DNA from: Candidatus Micrarchaeota archaeon | GTDB taxonomy: Archaea; Micrarchaeota; Micrarchaeia; Anstonellales; Bilamarchaeaceae | NCBI GenBank assembly: GCA_043821365.1 | Contig: JBDRCX010000002.1 | Span: forward strand, 1-64,000 | DNA length: 64,000 bases | Direction of reading: 5' to 3' | Part shown: positions 9,357 through 17,138 of the stretch, piece after piece | How the letters are laid out: each line of letters begins with the position of its first letter | How positions within the stretch are numbered: the stretch's first letter is position 1 | Translations under genes and position numbers: made by a program | The notes under the pieces: model-generated | The model's database searches: none | What the model saw: only the letters and a program-made list of their open reading frames with translations | Told to the model about the DNA's origin: nothing

Positions 9357-10100
9357 ATGGTTGTAAAGACTGGTGTTACTGGTTTGGATAAACTACTGGA
9401 TGGTGGTTTCCCAGATTATTCCACTGTTCTTGTATCTGGTGGGGCTGGAACTGGTAAAACAATTCTTGCACTTCAATTTTTGTTTGAAGGAATTCAGAAG
9501 AAAGAAAAAGGACTTTTTATAACATTTGAACAAAGCAAAGAAAAAATACTCGACCAGTGCTCTAGATTTGGTTGGGATTTTGAAAAATACGAAAAGCAAA
9601 AACTATTTCGAATTGTTGCCATGGATGATGTTGGAATTGCAAATATCCTCACCAAGATTAAATATAATCTAGATGATTTTAATCCAAAGCGCATGGTTAT
9701 AGATTCAATCACATTTATGTCATTATCTGCCTACTCTGCCAAAAGACTTATTGATCTTGATAAAACAAGTGTGGTGGAGCTTTATGAAGGTGGTAGGGAG
9801 AGCACATCTCCTGAATTTGATGGTCTTATAGTAAGAAAACTGCTAATTGATTTTGTAAAAATACTGCAACACAGGAAAATAAGTACGATTTTAACATCAG
9901 AAATACCAAAAGACAGCACTTGGTTGAGTAGAGATACATTTTCTGAATATGCTTCGGATGGTGTTCTTCTTCTAAAATCTGTTTCTATGGGAACACAGCT
10001 TCATAGGACAATCGAAGTCGTTAAAATGCGCAATACTAAGATTAAGGGTGGCATTTACGGATTTGATTTTCAAAAAAATGGGATCAAACTCAGCGTTTAA
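9357..10100 (+). CDS. Single-domain KaiC/RAD55-like ATPase with internal insertion
   Basis: KTGVTGLDKLLDGG, GGAGTGKT, FITFEQ, MVIDSI, SEYASDGV, EVVKMRNT. Confidence 0.9.
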   Translation: MVVKTGVTGLDKLLDGGFPDYSTVLVSGGAGTGKTILALQFLFEGIQKKEKGLFITFEQSKEKILDQCSRFGWDFEKYEKQKLFRIVAMDDVGIANILTKIKYNLDDFNPKRMVIDSITFMSLSAYSAKRLIDLDKTSVVELYEGGRESTSPEFDGLIVRKLLIDFVKILQHRKISTILTSEIPKDSTWLSRDTFSEYASDGVLLLKSVSMGTQLHRTIEVVKMRNTKIKGGIYGFDFQKNGIKLSV

Positions 10101-10175
10101 GTCTTTTTTATCTGGTGTAACTGTTATAAATATGTAATACTAATGTAGTTTCCAGTATCCGAAAAGTTGGTTCCC

Positions 10176-11279
10176 ATGCCAGTAGGAGATAGCGTAACAA
10201 GTTGGTTTATCCGTAACATAGTTCTGCCTAATGCAGAAGACATAACACATCCTGGTTATATCCTAAGCAAATTCAGTGAAGGTGGACAGACTATTTCTTT
10301 GCGTGAATTCTTTTTTCCTGAGAGTTTTTATGTTGAATTTGAAAAATCTATTGCAAAAAAGTTTGGTAAGAAAGGGGAAGCTAAACTTTATTCAGTTGGC
10401 AAAAGATTTGGTTACCGGTATGCGGTACTTTCCTATTTTAAGAAATATGGTGATCTTGGGAAGAAAAAGTTTCAGGAATTTTTGTACATGTTCGTTCGAT
10501 ATATAGAAGTTATATATGCGAAAAAATTACAACATAAAATGGACGCTGAAAAAAAATTACTTGAGCTTACTGCAGATTCCTATGTTTGCTGTGAAAAAAA
10601 TGGGTATGGTTACTTGCTTTTGATAGGTGCATGGCTTGGAATTTGGGCATTTCTAATGGATGATAAAAAAATAGAAGGAGTTCAGGTTGAATGTCAGGGC
10701 AGAGGAGACAAACGGTGTAAATTAGTCTGCAAACCAAATGGCACTTCTTTTACAGAAGAAAATATGGATGATCTTGAGGAAGATCAGGGTACATATGCAC
10801 TCCTAAATACTGTCCATCCATCTACAAATGATAACTATTCTCTTAAGGAACTTATTGAGAACCAAATATTCACTTACCAGAGTGGTAGACTATTCTTCGA
10901 TAAAGAAAGAATGGTTGGTATCGAAGCAAGTTTGTATTATATGGTGGACAATGCATTTTCGGATAAATCTTCTAATGACATATTATTTACAAGCGCTTTC
11001 AATAGTGGGAAAAAAATATCAGTAGGTAAAGATGTAATCTTTGTCCAGAGATTTCTAGCTTGCATTGGATTTGGCGATGTTCAAATCATTCCGAATGGGA
11101 AAAAATTCCAAGTTATTTTCAATCATTTTCCATGGACAAGATTTTCTGAAGAATGCAAATTTACCCTTTTGGCTGGGTTTACCTCAGGATTATTAAGCGG
11201 TTGCACAGGTAAGAAAATATCCTTCACAAAAATCTCAAAATCTGTTGAGGCAGATGGTTTCCATGTTCAAATGGCTTAA
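10176..11279 (+). CDS. Tandem V4R (4-vinyl reductase-like) ligand-binding domain protein
   Basis: LYSVGKRFGYRY...VECQGRGDKRCKLV in the first domain; second copy ERMVGIEAS...AFNSGKK...CIGFGDV...GFTSGLLSG. Confidence 0.75.
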   Translation: MPVGDSVTSWFIRNIVLPNAEDITHPGYILSKFSEGGQTISLREFFFPESFYVEFEKSIAKKFGKKGEAKLYSVGKRFGYRYAVLSYFKKYGDLGKKKFQEFLYMFVRYIEVIYAKKLQHKMDAEKKLLELTADSYVCCEKNGYGYLLLIGAWLGIWAFLMDDKKIEGVQVECQGRGDKRCKLVCKPNGTSFTEENMDDLEEDQGTYALLNTVHPSTNDNYSLKELIENQIFTYQSGRLFFDKERMVGIEASLYYMVDNAFSDKSSNDILFTSAFNSGKKISVGKDVIFVQRFLACIGFGDVQIIPNGKKFQVIFNHFPWTRFSEECKFTLLAGFTSGLLSGCTGKKISFTKISKSVEADGFHVQMA

Positions 11280-12144
11280 AACTCAGTTTTTCTTTATTCA
11301 TCATCTTTTCAAGTTAGAAGATCAACTTGCAAATTCTCTTAGTTTTGTTGTTGGTGTAATACTTGCATTTGGTGGAATACCGCCCCTTTCTCTTTCTCTT
11401 CTTTATGGCTTAGTTGCGGTTTGTTGCGCTCTTTTAGGTATAAATCTACTCAATCACATAACTGATGTTGAAATAGATAGGATAAACAAACCCCACCGTC
11501 CACTTCCCAGCCGGAAAATGAAAGAAGGTACAGCAATTTTGATTACTGCGTTTCTATTCACCCTTTCTTGTGTAACAGCAATTTTGGTTTCATTTCCCGT
11601 ATTTTTTCTTACATTCCTTTACATTTTTTTAGGAGTGTTGTATAGTGCTGAACCACTAAGGTTAAAAGAAAGATTTTTGGTTAATAATCTTGCGGTTGCA
11701 GTTTTCTATAATTTTATTAATTTCCTAATTGGCTGGTCGATTTTTCAACCAATTTTTGCTGCTCCATATCCCCTGCTCATTCTTTTGTTTACATATGATT
11801 TCATTGCAATAAATTCCAAAGACTATCATGATCTTGCAGGTGATAAGGAATTTGGGGTTAAGACAATTGTTTCATTGTTTGGGGTTGAAAATGCAATGAA
11901 AATCGATAAGGGTGCCCACTTTGCCATTCAAATTACTTTCATTCTTCTGGCTCTTCTTGGGTTCTTACCATCATACATCCTTGCATTCAGCATCATTACA
12001 TTAGTTTTTGTTTTTATGATTTTCCTAGACCTAAGCCACAATAAGAATTTTATGCGGTTCTATCACATGTCCTTTGGTCTCCACATATTTTTCAGAATTC
12101 TTATTCTGATTTTGTTCTTTACTCATATACTGGGACTAATGTAG
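11263..12144 (+). CDS. UbiA-family intramembrane prenyltransferase
   Basis: NHITDVEIDRINKPHRPLPS and KDYHDLAGDKEFGVKT Asp-rich motifs, YSAEPLRLK, about 8 TM. Confidence 0.9.
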   Translation: MFKWLKTQFFFIHHLFKLEDQLANSLSFVVGVILAFGGIPPLSLSLLYGLVAVCCALLGINLLNHITDVEIDRINKPHRPLPSRKMKEGTAILITAFLFTLSCVTAILVSFPVFFLTFLYIFLGVLYSAEPLRLKERFLVNNLAVAVFYNFINFLIGWSIFQPIFAAPYPLLILLFTYDFIAINSKDYHDLAGDKEFGVKTIVSLFGVENAMKIDKGAHFAIQITFILLALLGFLPSYILAFSIITLVFVFMIFLDLSHNKNFMRFYHMSFGLHIFFRILILILFFTHILGLM

Positions 12145-12177
12145 TTTGGAGATTATCTAAATTATAATAAGAAAAAT

Positions 12178-12384
12178 AGCCTCAGGAGAGAGTTGAACTC
12201 CCGACCTACTCCTTGTGCCTTTTAGGAAAAGGCACCCCAAAACAAGGGTGCTAATTTTGCGTCCTTCAGTCCGCAAAATAGATACAATACAAAATCCAAA
12301 AGGATTTTGCAATCAGATGGTTTTTGTTAAACTTTTTTCCAAAAAGTTTACGAGAGAGTCGCTCTACCACTGAGCTACTGAGGC
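12178..12384 (-). tRNA. tRNA-Thr(CGU) with 135-nt intron at 37/38 (intron 12214..12348)
   Basis: Exon1 GCCTCAG TA GCTCAGTGGTAGAGC G ACTCT CT CGT A; exon2 A GGAGT AGGTC GGGAG TTCAACT CTCTC CTGAGGC T; no clear BHB at the junctions. Confidence 0.85.
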
Positions 12385-12407
12385 TTACTTTGAAAAAATA
12401 GTTTGAT

Positions 12408-13682
12408 TTAGTTTATAAAAGCCTCGTACCGCACAACTTCACCCTTTTCAAAATAATATACACTATTCTTACCCTGCTGTTTTGAAGTTTGTACTGCCGT
12501 ATTTGCGTTGGCAAATATTGTTTCAACCATTTGTTCTACTTTTTGATGAGACAAACACCGTGTTCCTTTTGCACCTAAGATTTGTGAAATTTCCGTAGAC
12601 ACAATTTCATCCACACTTGCTACTCCCACACTGCATGTCACATTTCCATCTGTAAATTTTCCTCTTATTCTATCTGCTATTTCAAGAGCTTCTTTTTTGC
12701 TAACTCCTTTTATCACACCTGCAAATTCATCCCCACCCCATCTTGCTACCATGTCTTCAGGTCTTATTGATGCTTTTGCAGTTTCTGCTAATCTTCTCAA
12801 TTGTTCGTTTCCTTTTTGATAACTAAAATCATTCAGACGTTTAAGATTGTCAAGATCTATCAAAAACACCCAGACATTATTCATTTCACCTAGGATCACT
12901 CTTCTTATAGCTCCTATTAATTCTGCATTAAAATCAACAAATTTTGTGAGTGTAGTTATTGCATCAAATTTATGTGTAATGATAAATGCAATTTGTGAAG
13001 CAGCCTCTATTGCCACATGGGCACTCCAATAGGCAGCATCTAAACCAGTTAAATCTGAGTCTTTACAACGTAGATCCCCTTCAAATACTACCATCCCTGA
13101 TGGATAGCTTGGATCTCTGTAATAAAATGGCATGAAAGCTATTGACCCAGGTGTACTTCCCTTTCTTGCTCTTTCAGTATCGAAAATTGTACACCCACGA
13201 TTATTCATATCAAGGTCATCAAAAATAAGCATGATTCCACTTTGATCAACAAATGTTGGTTTTCTTGTGGCAAATGCATGGTCTCTCATTGTCCTAATTC
13301 TATGTTTTCCAATTATGCAATCTCTCTCATTTGATCCATAAACAACAAATTCATTTCTTTCTCGCATAACTGAAACTCTATGTTCAAGTTTACCTACTGA
13401 ACCTTTTGCTACTCTTGGAAGCAGATACACTCCACAGCATGTGGAATATTCAAAGATTCCCATCAGTCTTGCTATGTAATCTCCAAGTTTTGGGTAGTCC
13501 TCACTCATCATTCTACCTGTTTTGAACATTGCCATTGTAATGCCGTAATCTGGTATCACAGATGTGATTAATCGTCTACCAATCCTATCTGGTTCTAATA
13601 ATTTTTCTCCTAAATTAGGTCTACTATCGGATAGTTTTTGTATGCCTAAGGTATCAGCAACTGCAATTCTTCTGGGCGCCAT
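12408..13682 (-). CDS. GAF-GGDEF protein (diguanylate-cyclase-like dinucleotide cyclase)
   Basis: FLIDLDNLKRLND, IRPEDMVARWGGDEF, VTCSVGVA, SKQQGKN; upstream GAF-like SIAFMPF...GMVVFEG...AASQIAFII, then DAITTL. Confidence 0.88.
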   Translation of the reverse strand: MAPRRIAVADTLGIQKLSDSRPNLGEKLLEPDRIGRRLITSVIPDYGITMAMFKTGRMMSEDYPKLGDYIARLMGIFEYSTCCGVYLLPRVAKGSVGKLEHRVSVMRERNEFVVYGSNERDCIIGKHRIRTMRDHAFATRKPTFVDQSGIMLIFDDLDMNNRGCTIFDTERARKGSTPGSIAFMPFYYRDPSYPSGMVVFEGDLRCKDSDLTGLDAAYWSAHVAIEAASQIAFIITHKFDAITTLTKFVDFNAELIGAIRRVILGEMNNVWVFLIDLDNLKRLNDFSYQKGNEQLRRLAETAKASIRPEDMVARWGGDEFAGVIKGVSKKEALEIADRIRGKFTDGNVTCSVGVASVDEIVSTEISQILGAKGTRCLSHQKVEQMVETIFANANTAVQTSKQQGKNSVYYFEKGEVVRYEAFIN

Positions 13683-13886
13683 GGTAACTTTGATTTGTCT
13701 AATGGAGTTTAAAAATGTTGTTATGTGGTTAAATCAAAATTTGTGATTTTGCACATTTTTGTTGTTTTTTTATTAAACCTTGTGTGATTTTGTATAATTT
13801 TTGTTTTTATTTTGTTTTTTTAATTAGAATCAAGCCAATTCCTAGGCTAATTAATTATCCGTCTTTTATTTTTACTAAAAAGAGAA

Positions 13887-14010
13887 TGCGGTCGCCGAGA
13901 ATTTCACATCGCTTCGCTCGTGAAAAAAATCACCGAGCGTTCGGCGAAGATTTGAACTCGGGTTATGGGGTTGGAAACCCCAAGTCCTAACCAGGCTAGA
14001 CTACAACCGC
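13887..14010 (-). tRNA. tRNA-Gly(UCC) with 50-nt intron at T-loop position 59/60 (intron 13901..13950)
   Basis: GCGGTTG/CGACCGC acceptor; TGGGG-TT-TCC-AA-CCCCA; BHB with U54-A57 pairing to intron UGAA, flanked by 3-nt bulges. Confidence 0.92.
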
Positions 14011-14091
14011 ATTCTGATGCGGTGTATATTGGCACAGGCCAATAAGACAACCGCATGTTTTTGTTAATGTAATATGTTATTTTTATAAACT

Positions 14092-14571
14092 CTATAGCTT
14101 CATCCTCATTTCAATATGAAAGTCTATAAATCCAAATTTTCTGTAAATTCTTGCTGCATTTGGATTTAATGCATGCGCAGCAATTGATAAATATTTGATT
14201 TTCTTTTTCTTGAACCACTTCATTGCCAATGTCATGAATTTTCTTCCAATTCCTTTACTTCTGTATTCAGGTTCAATATATAAATCAGAAAAGTGCCCAA
14301 GTTTTTTTATTTTAAATATTGGTATATTCTTCTTTATTATATTCAATGAATATCCAATTATTTTCTTCTTTTCTATTGCTATAAAAATAATCGCATTTTT
14401 CTTTTCAATCTCTCTTATTGCCCATTGTTTCCATTTTAATTCACTTTTTGGTAATAATTCGTAAAAATCTTTTTTGTTGTCTTTTGCCAAATTCCTGTGG
14501 TGCTCCATTAGTTTTTTCCAAAGTGGTATTATATCGCTTATTTCGCTTTTTTTTGCAATTCTTATCTTCAC
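14092..14571 (-). CDS. GNAT family N-acetyltransferase
   Basis: DLYIEPEYRSKGIGRKFM, NPNAARIYRKFGF. Confidence 0.9.
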   Translation of the reverse strand: MKIRIAKKSEISDIIPLWKKLMEHHRNLAKDNKKDFYELLPKSELKWKQWAIREIEKKNAIIFIAIEKKKIIGYSLNIIKKNIPIFKIKKLGHFSDLYIEPEYRSKGIGRKFMTLAMKWFKKKKIKYLSIAAHALNPNAARIYRKFGFIDFHIEMRMKL

Positions 14572-15227
14572 TTCAACACCGATGCAAGTTCCTGTAAGAA
14601 TGTTTTTGGGTCTTTTGATCTGACAAAAGCACTTGCAAGCAGAACTCCATCTGCATCAAGTTCCATTGCTTTTTCTATATCTTCTTTGTTGCTTACTCCG
14701 GCACCACAAAGAACTTTTATCTTATGATTAACATCCTTTACTGCTCTTACTGAATTTATCACTATTTCTGGTTTTGCTTTCGAAACACTAATTCCACTCC
14801 CAATAAGCTCTGGTGGTTCAACTGCAATAAATGTAGGTGAAAAATGTGCTATTTCAACTGCCTCTTTTGTACTTGCTGCACATACAAGGCTTTCCAACCC
14901 AACCATGTGTATTCTTTCAACTGTTGTTTTGACTAATTCCAGTGGCAATCTTTTTTCTGAATGATTAACTAAAGATCCCTTTACTTGGAAATGTTTCAGC
15001 AATTCAACAGGTATTGACCCTGTGTGTGCTCCAGGTTGTTGAGGATCAACATGCTGTGCGAATGTTTCTACTCTTTCTGCTGATTCATGTAAGAATGAGG
15101 CTGGAGGGCAAACAACGATTCTAACCCCAGTCTCTTCAACGACTTCTTTAACAACATCCGCAAAGAAAAGAGACTTTTCTATTGTTTCAGGATATGTTTT
15201 CAAATTCAAGACTATCATAGTTACCAT
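14568..15227 (-). CDS. tpiA: Triosephosphate isomerase, archaeal type
   Basis: NLKTY, AQHVD, NHSE, VEPPELIGSG, CGAGV, VLLAS. Confidence 0.95.
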   Translation of the reverse strand: MVTMIVLNLKTYPETIEKSLFFADVVKEVVEETGVRIVVCPPASFLHESAERVETFAQHVDPQQPGAHTGSIPVELLKHFQVKGSLVNHSEKRLPLELVKTTVERIHMVGLESLVCAASTKEAVEIAHFSPTFIAVEPPELIGSGISVSKAKPEIVINSVRAVKDVNHKIKVLCGAGVSNKEDIEKAMELDADGVLLASAFVRSKDPKTFLQELASVLK

Positions 15228-15240
15228 ACTCCTGTTAAAT

Positions 15241-15357
15241 TTAAATTTTGGTTAGTTGACTCGCTTCGCTCGTGAGGAGTCGAGGGCCCCCTCAAATAAT
15301 AAAATACGTCGAGAGCTTGAAATAAGTTTCAAGTTCGTCGTTTTATAGAATAAAACG
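15241..15357. repeat. Array of short palindromes in the 3' trailer of tRNA-Ser
   Basis: gactc..gagtc (15258-15281), gaggg-cc-ccctc (15282-15293), gagcttgaaa-taag-tttcaagttc (15313-15336), cgttttat-aga-ataaaacg (15339-15357). Confidence 0.7.
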
Positions 15358-15470
15358 CCGAGGACAGGATTTGAACCTGTAATCCACAAGGGATCGGTTT
15401 TCTCAAATAATCCGGTTCGAGATTCGTCAGTTTACACTTCCGACGCACTACCGGGTTATGCGACCTCGGC
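15356..15470 (-). tRNA. tRNA-Ser(CGA) with two introns: 30/31 (17 nt, 15423..15439) and 37/38 (16 nt, 15400..15415)
   Basis: GCCGAGG/CCTCGGC-G73; long variable arm; spliced anticodon arm TCGGT-CT-CGA-AA-ACCGA; 4-bp central helices at both introns. Confidence 0.92.
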
Positions 15471-15501
15471 ATAATGATTAATTTAATTATAACTAGACCT
15501 T

Positions 15502-16074
15502 TTAATCAGACTCTTCAAACTCCTGAGCTTCATATACTAAAAATTCCATTCCGTTTGTGTCATGCCAGGCGGTTGCTGTAAGTCCTGCTTTCATGCACAA
15601 ATGACCTAAAAATTCTTCTTTTGTAGTTAATTGTTCCCATACAACTGGCAGGAAAGTTGCCCGTGCCCAGCCTTTTTTTATTATCAAACCATGTTTATTT
15701 GGTTTTAGTTTTTTGAGCAAATCCTTACTATCTTTTACTGGAAATGATTCTGGTTTTGTTAATACTGATATTGATATTTTTATTGTTTCCAATTCATCTA
15801 CCCTAAGAGATTGAAATCGTGAATCATTAAATGCTGAATTCAAAGTATTATCAATAATGTCAAAAATAAGTGGTCTATGGGCTTCCAAACTTCCAATACA
15901 TCCTCTCAAATTCCCATTTTTATATAATGTTACAAAACATGCACCTTCTTCTATAAGCTTTGGAAAAGGTACTTCTGATGGTTGAATTTGCAGTTGTTTG
16001 CCACTGCTAAAAAAATGAGCAAGTGTTTTTCGTGCTAATTCTAATAAAAAATTCTGCTCTTTTTTATTTAACAA
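15502..16074 (-). CDS. amrA: AMMECR1-domain protein (AmmeMemoRadiSam protein A)
   Basis: GACFVTL, LRGCIG, AFNDSRF, ISISVLT, HGLII, ATFLPVVW, FLGHLCMKAGL. Confidence 0.93.
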   Translation of the reverse strand: MLNKKEQNFLLELARKTLAHFFSSGKQLQIQPSEVPFPKLIEEGACFVTLYKNGNLRGCIGSLEAHRPLIFDIIDNTLNSAFNDSRFQSLRVDELETIKISISVLTKPESFPVKDSKDLLKKLKPNKHGLIIKKGWARATFLPVVWEQLTTKEEFLGHLCMKAGLTATAWHDTNGMEFLVYEAQEFEESD

Positions 16075-16078
16075 AAAA

Positions 16079-16345
16079 TCACCTTTTCTTTGTGTATATA
16101 CTTTTTATCCAAAATTCTTTGAAAATAGGGAAAGTTGCAGTTGATAGTACGAATCCAATGGCTGGTATTAAGGAATTTACCCAAGGGTCTGGTGCATTAA
16201 TTCCTATTAAGAGTATGAGTGCAAGTAGATAGATAGACGCGCCGATTACTAGTCTTCTTGTATTGCTTAGTTCCCATGCTTTGTCTGCTTCTACTCTAAC
16301 ATTTCTTTCTTTTATTTTTTTGATTTCTTTTTTAATCTCTGTCAT
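16079..16345 (-). CDS. Small two-TM membrane protein
   Basis: RNVRVEADKAWELSNTRR followed by two hydrophobic segments; inside the amr operon. Confidence 0.65.
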   Translation of the reverse strand: MTEIKKEIKKIKERNVRVEADKAWELSNTRRLVIGASIYLLALILLIGINAPDPWVNSLIPAIGFVLSTATFPIFKEFWIKSIYTKKR

Positions 16346-17131
16346 TTACTTCTCCTCGTAAAAAGCATAACATCCATAGCCAACCACCCTTGATTTTGGT
16401 CCTGCGGTGTCCCCAGAATTTCTGTAATCTAAGAGTTTACCTGTCCACTTTTTTTCCTTTGCAACATGCATGAGCACCAGTATTGGTATTTTTCCACAAG
16501 CATCTCCGACTGCCTCGAATTTTTCAATATCTAATCTTGGTACTGTTTCATTTGCCGTACTATCTGTTTTTACTGCGTCATCGTAAAATTTGTAATGGCT
16601 TAAGTCTGAACTTGCAATTATGATTGTTTCTTCATCTAATTCTTCCATTATTTCCTTTGCTAGTTTTGTTGGGTCTACCTGCCCACACAAAATCGGCCAG
16701 ATTTCAACATCACCAAGAACTGTTTGAATAAATGGCAACTGTACCTCCAGACAATGTTCTGGTTGGTGTGCTTCTGGATAAGTTACTATGGTTGGTTTTG
16801 TTTTTGTTATCGCTCTAATTTCACCCAATGGTGTTTGCCAAAACTCATAACCAGCTTCACATGCGCCCTGAAATCCAGCATAGTGAGATGGCCCTATCAA
16901 TATTACTTTCTTTATTTTTCCTTTATATTTTGAAAGAAGTTTGTACCCATAACCAGCCACTGATCCAGAATAAATATATCCTGCATGAGGCACAACAAGT
17001 CCGGTTAGTTTTCCGTTAATTTTTGTCTCTTTTGCATCTGAAAGGAATTTATCAATCATCTTCTTTATCTCATCTGGATTATCCGGGTAAAAAGCACCTG
17101 CAACTGCAGTTCTTCTTATTCCTAAACCCAT
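16346..17131 (-). CDS. amrB: MEMO1-family protein (AmmeMemoRadiSam protein B)
   Basis: AVAGAFYP, VPHAGYIYSG, GPSH, EHCLEVQLPF, SSDLSHY, CGKIP, SGD...VVGY. Confidence 0.95.
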   Translation of the reverse strand: MGLGIRRTAVAGAFYPDNPDEIKKMIDKFLSDAKETKINGKLTGLVVPHAGYIYSGSVAGYGYKLLSKYKGKIKKVILIGPSHYAGFQGACEAGYEFWQTPLGEIRAITKTKPTIVTYPEAHQPEHCLEVQLPFIQTVLGDVEIWPILCGQVDPTKLAKEIMEELDEETIIIASSDLSHYKFYDDAVKTDSTANETVPRLDIEKFEAVGDACGKIPILVLMHVAKEKKWTGKLLDYRNSGDTAGPKSRVVGYGCYAFYEEK

Positions 17132-17138
17132 GATCTCA

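Noticed and set aside
8608-10100. Circadian clock (kaiABC)
   Set aside because: Single-domain KaiC-like proteins with no KaiA/KaiB; these are common archaeal RAD55/KaiC family members
13784-13990. 68-aa plus-strand ORF
   Set aside because: Antisense to tRNA-Gly; shadow ORF
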